Source: Tubiluchus corallicola (lineage: Eukaryota; Animalia; Priapulida). From it: 64,000 nt of DNA. Positions 1 to 12,939 of the stretch are shown here, one piece after another. The stretch's first letter is position 1. Each line of letters starts with the position of its first letter. The position numbers were made by a program, and so were the translations under genes. The notes under the pieces are model-generated. The model was given only the letters and a program-made list of their open reading frames with translations, ran no database searches and was not told the DNA's origin. The stretch covers positions 1 through 64,000 of the forward strand of contig JAQGDQ010000094.1 in assembly GCA_030141605.1 (NCBI GenBank), written 5' to 3'.

Positions 1-2145
1 AACTGACCGACGCCCACTGCCCTTCCCCTTTGACCACTGGTCTGTGGTCACCAACTGTTGGTCCCCTTTGACAACTGTACAGAACTTAAAAGGCATATCA
101 TTTCATCGCCTTTATAAAGATTGTTTATAAAGACAGAAGTATGTTACTGCTAAAATGTTTGTAAATTTTTTAAAAGTTAACTTTGTAATTTCAGTTAGCA
201 GACAAGCACGTTGACTAAGTAACCGTACAATTTGAAAATTGTCAGTATGATGCATTTACTGTTACTCGTTACATCTGCAGACACAGATGATAAAATTAAT
301 ACAGATAATATTGTTATACAATTCAGTTTAAGTTATAAAATACAATTATAATGTTATTTTTAAACAAAAGTAACTGTTAAACTCAACGTAGCTTTCGCAT
401 CGTACATAAGACGTCGTAAGTTAGATATACAGAATTTAAATATCTATTTTTAAATTTGCATAGCATTCTATGTACATTTGTGTTATACCACATAAAGATT
501 TACCATCGTCAACATCATGGATCTTAAAGCAGCACCTTCAGCTACAATATTTTTATCAAGCATAACAAAACAAGATATACCAACAAAAATTTCAGTTTAT
601 CCTCAACCAAAACAGTGTATTTTACAATTATGTATTTTACAATTCTTGAACACACTGTATCTCAGCATCTAAGCAAAAACAAAGAATTTTGCATTCAACA
701 TAATAAATATCCATGATTTTGATGGTGGTAAATCTTTAATTATTTGGTATAATACAAATGAACATACAATGCCTCTTTTTGCAAGCAATTTTTAACATAA
801 AATATTTAAATTTTATATTATAAAACTTACGCATAACGAAAAAACTATGTTGAGCCTAACAGTTAATTATAATTTTAAAATCGCAACTATTTTACTTTAT
901 AAATTTAATTACTTCATAAAATCAGACTCTTGAGCTCTGGCAAATTTCTTTTAAAGAACCTTTCGACCTCTATCATGATCATCTTCAGCATTATCGACTC
1001 TAACTAAAAATTTTAGTGAAAAAAGTGGGAAAGTCGAGACTGAATCTGTATTTGAACAAGGTACGTTTCGATTGGGAGTCAATTAGATTATACAGCTTTT
1101 GTATTCATGAGCAATTTTAATATTTTTTCTACCGAATTTGCGCTAGAGTCGATAATGCTGAAGATGATCATGATAGAGGTCGAAAGGTTCTTTAAAAGAA
1201 ATTTGCCAGAGCTCAAGAGTCTGATTTTATGAAGTAATTAAATTTATAAAGTAAAATAGTTGCGATTTTAAAATTATAATTAACTGTTAGGCTCAACATA
1301 GTTTTTTCGTTATGCGTAAGTTTTATAATATAAAATTTAAATATTTTATGTTAAAAATTGCTTGCAAAAAGAGGCATTGTATGTTCATTTGTATTATACC
1401 AAATAATTAAAGATTTACCACCATCAAAATCATGGATATTTATTATGTTGAATGCAAAATTCTTTGTTTTTGCTTAGATGCTGAGATACAGTGTGTTCAA
1501 GAATTGTAAAATACATAATTGTAAAATACACTGTTTTGGTTGAGGATAAACTGAAATTTTTGTTGGTATATCTTGTTTTGTTATGCTTGATAAAAATATT
1601 GTAGCTGAAGGTGCTGCTTTAAGATCCATGATGTTGACGATGGTAAATCTTTATGTGGTATAACACAAATGTACATAGAATGCTATGCAAATTTAAAAAT
1701 AGATATTTAAATTCTGTATATCTAACTTACGACGTCTTATGTACGATGCGAAAGCTACGTTGAGTTTAACAGTTACTTTTGTTTAAAAATAACATTATAA
1801 TTGTATTTTATAACTTAAACTGAATTGTATAACAATATTATCTGTATTAATTTTATCATCTGTGTCTGCAGATGTAACGAGTAACAGTAAATGCATCATA
1901 CTGACAATTTTCAAATTGTACGGTTACTTAGTCAACGTGCTTGTCTGCTAACTGAAATTACAAAGTTAACTTTTAAGAAATTTACAAACATTTTAGCAGT
2001 AACATACTTCTGTCTTTATAAACAATCTTTATAAAGGCGATGAAATGATATGCCTTTTAAGTTCTGTACAGTTGTCAAAGGGGAACAACAGTTGGTGACC
2101 ACAGACCAGTGGTCAAAGGGGAAGGGCAGTGGGCGTCGGTCAGTT
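1..2145. repeat. Giant near-perfect inverted duplication: arms 1-1002 and 1144-2145, 141-bp spacer; the left arm probably continues beyond the window
   Basis: Position i pairs with 2146-i at every segment checked. Only two mismatches were noticed (61/2085 and 169/1977). Confidence 0.97.
1158..1190 (+). ncRNA. Degenerate hammerhead-ribozyme-like core (mirror copy at 956-988 on -)
   Basis: CTGAAGA-T-GATC-atgataga-GGTC-GAAA-GGTTC has both core boxes and a 4-bp stem II. Stems I and III are weak. Confidence 0.4.
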
Positions 2146-3610
2146 TTTCCTTCAGGTTTTCCTAGGGCTTTCGGTTATTTGGGAATTTTTTTCACAAGTA
2201 TTCGTGTATTGTGGGGTAGATGTGTTCCTGGGGTCTTCAAAAGCTGGCAAGCTTTAAGCGCCCGAGGGAGAGGCCAAAATGCAAAATTTGCAGTCTCCCA
2301 ATTTGTGAGAGTTACAAGCTGAGAGCTAAGGACACAAAACTTACCTGGTACACTCTGTGGGTACACAAAATTATATGTGTATACCTGTGACCCGAGTTGC
2401 CGAGTGAAAGGTCACGAATGGGCGGGTCTTCATTTAATTTTCTTTAAGATCCACCTACTCCCAAAGTTTTTCATCTAGGGCTACAATATTTGATATGCTG
2501 CTAGGTGTGGTGGTGCCCTTGTGTATTACAAAATATGGGACATGCGCGTATAAGGAAAATTTTTCTTTAGGAAGAAAAAAACAAAAAATGGGGGTCGGGA
2601 ACAGTGTTGAGCAATGGTGGCTTGTAGCATAATAAATGAAAGGCCTCAATGAGGCAGATCGAACGGCATAGGTTACAATGAGAATAGATAACCCGCGATC
2701 CCACTAGAGGGCAAAATCGGGGTCGGGAACTGAAGTGCACCGAGTGTTGAGCAGTGGTGCCTTGTAGCATATCAAATGAAAGGTCTCGATGGGGCGAATT
2801 GAATGGCGTGAGTTACAATGAGAATGGCTAACTTGCAACCTCTCTAGGTGAAAAATATGGGTAGAAGTACCTTCCAGTGTCAATCGAAACTGGTTTGTAG
2901 TACATTAGATGAAACATCTCGATGAGACAAATTGAATGGTAATAATTAAACAGAGGTTGGTTGATCTCTGACCCCAGTAGGGGCAACATAGGGGTCGAGA
3001 AGACAAATGCCTTTAATGTCTGACCCATGGATCATGGGTTAAAAAGTTGAAAGTTCTGATTTCATTATTAAGCATAGTTCCTATGTAATCAAGCAACAAT
3101 GCGAATTCAATGAAATGTAAATTATAATTTTTAAACAAAGGGTTAGCATCTTTACAAGGCCCAATTCTGTAACTAGTGTTTGCAAAATCTTCAATTTCTG
3201 ACCACGTCAAAAACGTTGTCAATTACTTCATTATTCTTATTTATTCTCCCCAACTTTAACTTTTAATAACTCTTAAGCCATGCAAGCTAGGGCCACCAAA
3301 CTCACAGGGTCGGTAGCCCTGAGCGGGGAACGAACAACAGTTTGGTGACCGCTGACCACTGATCAGGGCGGAAGGGCAGTGGGAATCGGGCAGTTTCTCC
3401 TTTAGGTCGCTCTCCTCCTACGGCTTTCGGTTTTTTGCATTTTTTTCACAAGTTTCACAAGTCTCAATGAGGCGAATCGAACGGTATAGGTTACAATGAG
3501 AATAAGTAACCAGCAATGCAAATTCCATAAAACCTAAATTATAATTTTCAAGCAAAAGGCTAACATCTTTACAAGGCCCAATTCTGTAACTATTGTTTGC
3601 AAAATCTTCA
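2085..3610 (+). mobile_element. Cluster of non-autonomous interspersed repeat copies with ~140-bp internal tandem units (Helentron/HINE-like)
   Basis: A unit close to aaatgaaaggtctcgatgaggcgaatcgaacggcataggttacaatgagaat recurs at ~2635, 2775, 2910 and 3460. 2085-2200 resembles 3335-3450, and 3100-3190 resembles 3520-3610. Related sequence lies in reverse orientation at 51000-51180 and 63580-64000. Confidence 0.6.
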
Positions 3611-3936
3611 GCTAGTATTTAAACTGTTTTTCGTTAGTCTGTCTCATAGAATTCTCACGGATTTCATAGAAGATTCACTGTTGTCAGCAGCGTTTTCAAT
3701 ATACATCTGTAAGACATGTTTGGCTCTTATTTCTTCCATGTTTTCTCTCATTTTTCCAATTTGCTGTTTATGTCTACCAGTTTTTTCTACTACTGGCGTG
3801 TTTGTTAGTTCTATTTCTTCGCTTTGTAAAAAGATTAATGTTTTTAGTAATTTGTTTTTGTGGGCTTCCTGTGAAATAAACTTATATAGAGAAGTTCTTA
3901 GGTTTTCGTTTGGGCCTTTCTTTAGAAATTCTGTAA

Positions 3937-4161
<225 letters not shown>

Positions 4162-4244
4162 TGAAATTACAGCCCTTCAGCCGCATCATACGAGTATATG
4201 CCTTCATTGCTCCAAGAAAGGCTTTTGTTATTGAAATGAGTGGA

Positions 4245-5135
4245 AGTGAATGTTTCAGCGATTGATCTGGCTGTGTGAATTTGTGTAAATCCTAGTGAAT
4301 GTTCCAGTGATTGGTCTGGACGTATTAGGCTTGTGTCAGACCTAGTGAATTTTTCAGTGTTTGGTATGAGTGACTTAGACTTGTGTCAGCCCTAGTAAAT
4401 GTTTCAATATTTGGTCTAGGTGCATGAGACTCGTGTCAATCCTAGTAAATGTTGCAGTGATTGCTTTGGTGCATTTGACTTGTACCAGCCCTAGGGAATG
4501 TTTCAGTGTTTGGTATGAGCGCATTAAGCTTATGTCAGCCCTAGCGAATGTTTCAGTATTTGGTATGGGTGCATTTGACTTGTGGCAGCCCTAGTGAATG
4601 TTTCCATGATTGGTCTGGGTGAATTTAAAATTAGCAGAATTGACTGGCATGCAATATTAATACATACAACAATTACAATTTTGATTGTATAATTTTGTGG
4701 GTCTATTTTGTTAAACGTTAATAGCTATGTATTGAAATTTCCATTTAACAAAATGGGTCTATAAAAGTCACATAATCAAAATTGTAATTGTTGTCTGTAT
4801 TAATGATGTATGCCTGTCAACTTTGTTAATTTTAAATTTTTGCTGCTTACTGTAACATTTATCAGTCAATCTGCTATTTGTGTAATGCTGTATCTGTCAA
4901 TTGTGTACAATACATTCAAATTTTATTTACAATTATTCCTGGAAACAGAGAAACACTTTCTTGTATAATTTGTTTTTAAATAAAGAATTATGACAATGAC
5001 AATGGATGCATTAGATTGTGTCAGCCACAGTGAATATTTCGGTAATTGGTCTGGGTGCATTAGACTTGTATCAGCCATAGTGAATGTTTTGGTGATTGGC
5101 CTGGGTGTTTAGACTCTTATTAGCTTAGCGAATGC
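4245..5135. repeat. 50-bp minisatellite (~10 units) interrupted by a ~380-bp insertion
   Basis: The unit cctagtgaatgtttcagtgattggtctgggtgcattagacttgtgtcagc repeats over 4245-4621 and resumes over ~5005-5135. Confidence 0.9.
4622..4838. mobile_element. Imperfect palindromic MITE-like element inserted in the minisatellite
   Basis: ~95-bp arms: aatttaaaattagcagaattgac...caacaattacaattttgatt pairs with aatcaaaattgtaattgttg...gtcaactttgttaattttaaatt. Confidence 0.7.
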
Positions 5136-7970
5136 TTTGATTACTAGCACAGTGCGCAGACTCGTGACTGCGGAGCAGGCTCTAAGTAGTTCGGTACCCT
5201 AGGCAAAAGGATCTTTACCGCCCTATCTCCAAGGGCTTTCCTTAGGGGCGTATCAAAACATTACGAAGCCTAAGCTGATAGTTCAGTCTCACCAACACTA
5301 TTTTGGACTTATGGTTGTCAATATATGTGAATTCAATGCACAATTACTTGTGGCGTATTATTACCACATTTACCTAATACCTACGTAGTTACTGTTAATT
5401 AGCTAATTACACGGCGTTTATAGCTAAGGAGGCTGCTGCGCAATTACTGGTGTGGTACCTTTTATATAACAAAAGTAGTCTACTTGTATGTACAGGACAG
5501 GCTTGTTGTACCTGATTTAGAACATGGATTAACTTTATATTTATATTTACCGTGCGATTTGTAAAATGTTATTAGAATTTTGTTGACCAATAAATTAAAT
5601 ACAAGCATTGTTATATGGGCTCTTATATAAAACTTGGCTTAGTAACTGATGTGCTCAATATTAGGTAATAAAACAAAGTCTCAAAGCTCCGAAAAAGACA
5701 ATGCAGTTGTGTAGCTTATTAGTGACAGGCTTTTGCTAAAGTGAGGCATTATTTGGATCTGTAAAAACAGGATAATTGCATTTACGCAGTGCTTTGATTT
5801 GGGCAATGCTACAAATATTACAAAGTTATTGCAGATGTTACCAAAAGTATGTACAGTTTAAACATGTAAAAATTGAATTTAAAATTATGAACTTACACTA
5901 TGTGACATCTATTATTTCACGAATGAGCACTACGTTTAGTTATAATATCATCTGTTATAATAAGAAATTTTGTAATTTTGTTATAATAGCCTTTAGCATG
6001 AAAGTAACAGCTAAACTAGTTCTTCACATGTTGTCACCTGTAAAACAGTGTGTTAAAGTGCGTGTAAAAGACAGCCGGCAGAAACTGCTTTGAAGCCACC
6101 TGGCACGAATCCAAACTCTGGCTAGAACAGTAACTGCTTGTGGTATGTTATAAAATACGCGCTTTATACGAATATGAAAGCATACGTTTTTGCCGAGGAG
6201 AATACGATTTTTCTAATACCGATCCCCTAAAACCTGGCACCTTCAAAATTTGCTGCTCTAGGCTAGGCTGGGCAGCAGTAGTTGGGAGAGGGGCATTTTG
6301 TGAAACCACACCTAAAAGCCATGTTAACTTAAATACATATTCACAAAGCCGCTTGCTCAAATATTTGAAATGAAAACAATGACTAAGAAGGTGCCTTATA
6401 GTCAGTTAATTTGTGACAGCCAGCCGTATAATACGTTGAGGTTGCCGGCTGTAAATGCAATAACAAGCGCAATATCTTTCCTAACTTTTGTGCAAGAAAC
6501 TTAGACTACTCCAATTTTCAGAAAATGGAACGCTTGAAGCGTTTTTTTTAAAGTGGGCAAGTTAGCCAATCTTATCATTTGGACTATGCTGAATTAAAAA
6601 AAGCTGTTACTGGCTTAAAAAATTAGCGCAAAATGGTCAAAACGCAAACATAAAATGGCCACCAAGTTTTTGTGCAAACAATCTAAATCAATAGAAATTC
6701 CCAGAAAATCAACCTTAAGAGCCATTGTGACATCTATCACCAAGGTATAAAGAATCCTATTAATTTCTTTTAATTTTCATTTTAAAATAGCTGTCGTTTT
6801 TAAAGTGGCCGCCACACATAGACGAAATTATGCCGATCATGTATTTATATTAGTTGTTTCAGCCAAAGATTTATTATAGAGTCAAAAAGCAAATTATTTT
6901 TATCAAATTGACATTGTTGAATCTAAAAACCTGCTACTTGATCCCAAAAAAGGACGCAAAGCAAATAAAATGGTCAAATAAGCAAAAATAAATAAAATGA
7001 CCGCCAACATAATAATTGTCTAGCAAAGTGTTGAAAGACTAGCTTTTTTATCACTCTTATGTACTAATTGTTCCTTTTTGGCTTGATTTAGCACATTAAA
7101 AATGAGTGTTAAATCGAAACGATCGTCTGCGCTTAATAAACGTGTTGATTGCTAAAAGCTTCGCGTATTTAATAGCGAATCTATTATAGTGCGAAAGCTT
7201 CGAGGGTCTCGCATGCATGTAGGGTATTATGATTGATTAGAGCTATGACCTTAAACTCTGGGATTTATTTTTCCCATTTGGACTGAACGAGGTAGAAATT
7301 CATCAGACCTCAACCGTACCAAACACATTGGGTGGTCCTAGAGCATGCCATTGGTCAATATTCAGTAGACAATCTTGTGAACGTTATCTGCAATATGAGT
7401 GGAGAATTTCTGAGTTCTGCGAGTTGATGCTGCTATCATGTCCTTATGATTGCCGGCCGTGCGCGATACCCAAGGCCTTCACACTAAATTTTGAGGGCAA
7501 GTTAGTCCTACTTGTTGTTTTCTGTATCCCTTAGCAAAAGTTATTACCCTGTATAACGTATAACGTATAAAATAAAATAAAAGATTTCCTTACTCCTGCC
7601 AACAGTCTACGATCATCACACCTACAGAGTTTTTCCCAACACATAAAGCAGCAAAATCTCTACTGAATGCCAAAATATTTATCAGGATTGAGAGCGAGAG
7701 TTATGATCGTATTTGCTTGTTCCCTAAATTTTGATTAAGGATGTTCCAATGTTGATGTTCAATTCAGGAACTAGTTTTCGTTTCCTAAACACAATATACT
7801 ACCACCTTTGATTAGAGTTTAATTTCACTTCAGGTAAATGTTGAATGGTATATAGTGAGTGACGCGCAACCTGTGTAGCCTTCCAGAGAATTTTAGCCTG
7901 CCTAGATATTTTTTCTGTAGATTTTTACTACACTATTTTTAATATTGCTTGGTTAATGTTTTGGTTTTAG

Positions 7971-8106
7971 GTTGATGTATGGAGTTTAGGGGTAATTCTT
8001 TACGTTCTAACTCATGGAAGCATGCCATTTGATGGTAATCAGGGATTCAGGAAACTTGCTTATAACATCACGCATGGACGATACAGCGAACCAAGCAAAC
8101 ATTCTC
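7971..8106 (+). CDS. NUAK: NUAK-family kinase, internal exon (subdomains IX-X)
   Basis: Bounded by ttttag| and |gtaagt, phase 0/1. Encodes VDVWSLGVILYVLTHGSMPFDGNQGFRKLAYNITHGRYSEPSKHS, in frame with both flanking exons. Confidence 0.93.
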
Positions 8107-8486
8107 GTAAGTTTGAACACATAAATCGACTGATTACCGAACTGACGAAAATTGCTCTGTATATTACAAACTAGAACTAAGAATACTTTAAAAGTCTAAA
8201 TTAAATTGTGAAGCTAAGATTAGATTTGAACACCCAATAAAATTCTCTTAGCATTTGTCATATCTGATATGAAGATGAGATCACGCACAATTGTATGGCA
8301 GATTAATGGCAAAGCAATACGCTCTTCCTCTAAGCAGGTAATTCCTGTGTGTATAATCATATAGCTGGGCGTGTCAGAAGTTTTTTGAGGGTCTCTGCAG
8401 GTCTGATTGTATACGGATATATTTCTATAATGATAATGCAGAAGCAGGTTCATCACTGATTGCAAAATTATGATTTTTATTTTCAG

Positions 8487-10240
8487 CTGTATCGTCCTTG
8501 ATCTCAAGAATGTTAGTGGTCAGTCCAAAGAAACGGGCAACAATTGATGACGTCTGCCAACATAGATGGGTAAATCTTAAAAACAAGTATTGTCTTACTA
8601 TTTACCCCCGAATGGACGGAACCTTGTCACGCACGCCACAGGCATTATTGGAATCAGAAAAACACTCTATAAGTGAAAAGACTTTCAAAAAAGAGAATTC
8701 AAGACAAGCATTGATGAAGAATATTTTCAATGATGTTTCTTCTCCAAGTTCCACCTTAGAAAACAAAACAATTGACAGTGGCATAGATGCTAGCCCGTCA
8801 AGTGGATCATCATATAGAAGTGATCCTGTCGCTCACAGTGTTGCTACAGAGAAAACATATGACAGTATTAGCTACAGAGATGTGGCAGAAAAGACAACCA
8901 AACCTAGAAGAAACATTCTAACTGACAATGGTAACGTGATAAGCACAGAGAACTTTAGCGATTTTACTAAAAGAAAAAATGGAAAATCAACTGTGGCTTG
9001 CACAGATAAGCTTAACAGCAAGAAAAATAAACTTCATATATTGGTGAATGACTCTTCGAGTAGTCTACCATTCGATGAGATCATTGGTATTAAAGAAAGT
9101 ACTTTTGTAGACAGTGCAGCCAATGGCCATGATCAAATTTTACCCAAAGCTTTTTGTGGTGACATCACTACAAAAGAACAGATGGCAAAGACTAAGGAAG
9201 AACAGGTGATGTCTTTTGATGAAATTCTTGGAATTGCTGAGGGAACGACCATCTCTCGAGAATCTAGTAATCATATCGATAATGCTGGTTTTAACAAAGT
9301 GACGAATGGAAATGGACTGACTAGTAGTGTCTACACAGAAGGTGATATAAAACTGAATTCCTACAAGGATAGCGCAGAATGTGATAAGCCACAGATAAAT
9401 GCGGTTGTAAGGCACCTTCTTTTAAGTCCCCAGGTAGAACAAATGCAAAAGCTTCCCGAATTAAATGGGACAGCACATGCCTCGTCTGGTAGAGTAGTAA
9501 ATACAACAAATGAAAACACAACAGACAAGAATGTGAAAGCATGCAATAGCAGAAAAAGTTCCGATGATGTCAAAACCCAAAATACTAATACTCTGCTAAA
9601 AGCGCCGTCTATTGGAAAATATGGTGGCACAAAATTGCTTGCTTTATTTGCTGCTGGTGATGTTAGTATTGTCATGAAAGACATTCCACTTGATTCTGAA
9701 GAAAGTCTTGCTAGTCATGTGACCAACTTACTAAGTCAAATAACCCAGCATGACAAGAAGCCTCAGTTAGTGGTTGCCCACTTACCTGGCAATGATAATA
9801 AAGTAGCGGTAAGGAGTAATAGTGGGGCTGACAATACTAATGGCGAAGGTAAATGGGAAAGATTTGAACATTCAGAAACATCTGGTGAGAAAAAAGACCT
9901 AATCGATTACGAAGCTGGGTTCGTTGAAACCACTACAATGGAGGAGCATAAAAAGACAACAACAGTGACTCGTTATCCCATTCTGCAGCACGATAACTTC
10001 GAGCATGTTGAGGCACCTCTTGCTATGCCAGCAAACGATTTTGCTCTCGCAAGGACTTTAGAGCAACCAACTTTGATTCAATGTTCAAAGAATCGTCACA
10101 AGGATACGAAGAAAGTGAAAAAGTTAGTGTCCAAACTTAATGGTTTGTTTATGGACAGGGCACCTAAAACAAAGTCTAAATCTCGTCTTCCCACAGCTAA
10201 TATGCAGCAAGATCGTAATGTTAGTGCATCAGAATGTTAA
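8487..10240 (+). CDS. NUAK: NUAK-family kinase, terminal exon (subdomain XI plus ~550-aa low-complexity C-terminal tail)
   Basis: The tttcag| acceptor at phase 1 gives PVSSLISRMLVVSPKKRATIDDVCQHRWVN, matching the NUAK-type RATI..HxWVN end of the kinase domain. The frame is open to TAA at 10240, with AATAAA at 10701. Confidence 0.92.
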
Positions 10241-11649
10241 ACTGTCCAAGAGCACTGAATACTCATATTAGGACGTAGTTAAAAGATTTGTTTTACGCCT
10301 ACATGAAATGTATGTCTTCAACAAATATATACAGCTGTGACAACTTTTCGTCTATTGACAAGTTAAAGTAACTTAATGTGTATGTTCATATGTAAAAAAA
10401 CGTTTATTATGTTTTTTATCTTATGCGATAATAATGATGTATGTAATCTTGATACTCTTACAAGCACACATCTTTAACCTCTGGCGTTAGTCGTTGCTAT
10501 ACTTCATCAAAATAATTTGTCACTTTGCCGGTGCACAAACTGCCTGTATAACTAACTTGCTAGTTGATTTTGCCAGTGGTACATTTCTCATTCGTACGTT
10601 TCGCCCGTGAAAGTTTTTTGCTATACTTTATATCATTTATCTTTCTATTTAACAAATGTTTCATTTCGCAAACGTAGATTTCGGCAATGTATATTTCGTT
10701 AATAAAAGTGCTGCAATGTAGTATTTCTGCTTTTTACGTTTTGTATAGTTGCCATCGTTACAGATACATAAATACAGATCAACTTTACATATATAACTCA
10801 ATTTCCATTCATTTAATATTTTTATTCATTTATAAAATATTCAATTTTATAAAAGTAAGAAGCCAACAGACTTAAGGAAATGCTGACCCTTCACTTAAAA
10901 TACATAAAGCTTAGAAATACAAATTTAGAATTGAACAGAAATTCATTTTTCCTTGGATACATAAAAATATGATAAATGCATGTCATTTCCATTATGGTCC
11001 AAGTGGTAGTAAAGTCACAAAAAACAAAATACACAGAGACTATTAAAAGTGCTGCAGATTACTATAATCAAGCTACGATATACTTAAGTTAAACATGCTT
11101 ATACAAAATACAATAACCATATATATAAAGAAATCTCTCCCTAAAATATACATGGAAATTCTTTCGGAGCCACAGCTATTTTAACATAAATCGATTTAGA
11201 TTACAATGCTCTACTGCAATAAATCAACATTCAACAAGTTTTTGTACAGCTTCAAATTCCCCAAAAATTGGACAACCATCAAATTTTTGAAAGTTGATTC
11301 TGGAACAAAAACCTGGGAGATTTATTTGGACGGAAGAGCTTAATTGAAGCTTCCTTATTTTTCCACATTGGGCGTTTTAGGGCATTTCGCTTCCGGATCA
11401 GGGATATGCCACAGTATTGGTTGTATAATTGCAGGAAGGAGATATTTTGTCTTACTGAAAGCGAATCCGACATTAGATTTTTGTATAAATAGATCTAGTT
11501 GCCCGAGCAATAAGTCTGTGGGGGTTTTCTGGTCTGGAAGAAGGGCAAAGCTAAAAATAAATGGAAAGGGGTGTTTTGCAATGCTAAATGCAAGTCTAAA
11601 TTTTACCGATTAAATCCGATCCCCCAGAAATCACAGGACATATTTAGTA

Positions 11650-12540
11650 GGCACTGGTTTGAGGTTTTCAAGAACTGCGTCTGTGAATGAAAATATGCCT
11701 ATAAAAATAAATAAACGCGAGTTCCTTGTGAAAAAGGCAAACACACAACAGTTCATGAACATGCTTGTTCTGGAAAAAGAACTGCCACGTATGGAATTCC
11801 CCAAGTGATGCTGATGTTTTTGTAGTGCAAAATGCAGTAGAGTCAGCCATCACAACAAACACTGCTTATCTGTGATGATATAGATCTGCTTGTTTTCCTT
11901 GTTTATCACGCCAAACTCTTTCACCTGAGCCTCAAATAAACACAAAGAAAGCTGTAGTGTCTAATATACCATCTGCTTGCATTGTATTGTGTCAACAGCA
12001 GAGAATGTGTTACTATGCATATAAAAGAAAGGCTTGAGGATGGACTTGATTCACTGTGACACAAGCTTCGTGAGAAAATTGCCAGTGTCACTTTACTTCT
12101 ACAGCCACAGCATTTATCATCAGCAGCAGCAAATTGTCACAGTGTTCATGCGTACTACCAAGTGCAGCAGTGGAAGGAAATTGGAAGTGAACTCCTGCAG
12201 TAAGATTGTGATTGGTGTGACGATGATTGAGGACATTCCTGTTCAAAACTGACTTATCACCAGGAAGACAGATACTCCTCAGATACATACACGTGCAGTC
12301 TGGTTGGGGTTGTAGCAGTCTGTGGCTATGGATGCACGAATAAGAAGTGTGACATACAGTGTTCCGTTCTATGTAGCAAATGTAAAGGATGAAAATGCCT
12401 TACATCTCGGGTTGTACGTGATGATGATGGTACTGTTGATGAAGCTAATGACAATGTTGATGTTGATGAAGATAATGATATTAATGTTGCTAAGGATAAA
12501 TCAGATAATGAAAGACATTGCTGGAGTAGAAAGATAATTT
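11650..12540 (+). mobile_element. Decayed Academ(X)-like DNA transposon coding remnant (XPG/PIN-like segment, Cys-rich finger, acidic tail)
   Basis: Broken frames give SDADVFVVQNAVESA...LGDD-DLLVFLVYH (~11805-11910), HAYYQVQQW (~12145) and GCTNKKCDIQCSVLCSKCKG (~12330-12390), followed by D/E-rich codons. Confidence 0.5.
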
Positions 12541-12939
12541 AAATTGGTTCAATGCTATTACCTTTTAATGACGAAAATTAATTAATTTGTTTGTTTACTA
12601 TTAAGGCATCATAAGCTAAAAAGTTTCCTTGTTTTTGACAGGGAGCAACGACCAAGAAATATTGTTAGTTGTTTGTAATTTAATAAGTAAACGTTTTCTA
12701 TATAGGAAGAATCTATAAAATTCAATATTTATACTATTTGATTGTTAACTTTCCCATCAATTTTAGAGTCTTGTATGCACATGTGTAGTATGGTTTGTGG
12801 CATACAACAAGGTTTGATGTTGTCTTAATTTTTTTGATATTTTGTATGTATTGACCGTGTACTCTTTATTACATACTTGTTAGCAATGCTTTGCGTTGTT
12901 TTGGTTGCACCAGCAATCAAGTGCGCTTGCTGGTGCATG

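Noticed and set aside
4245-5135. CRISPR-like appearance of regularly spaced repeats (also 46770-47245)
   Set aside because: The units are wholly repeated with no unique spacers, the context is eukaryotic, and no cas genes are present.
11356-11550. Possible extra terminal exon of the homeobox gene (- strand, good acceptor at 11551)
   Set aside because: The previous exon already has an in-frame stop and the peptide is unrecognisable. It cannot be decided without transcripts.
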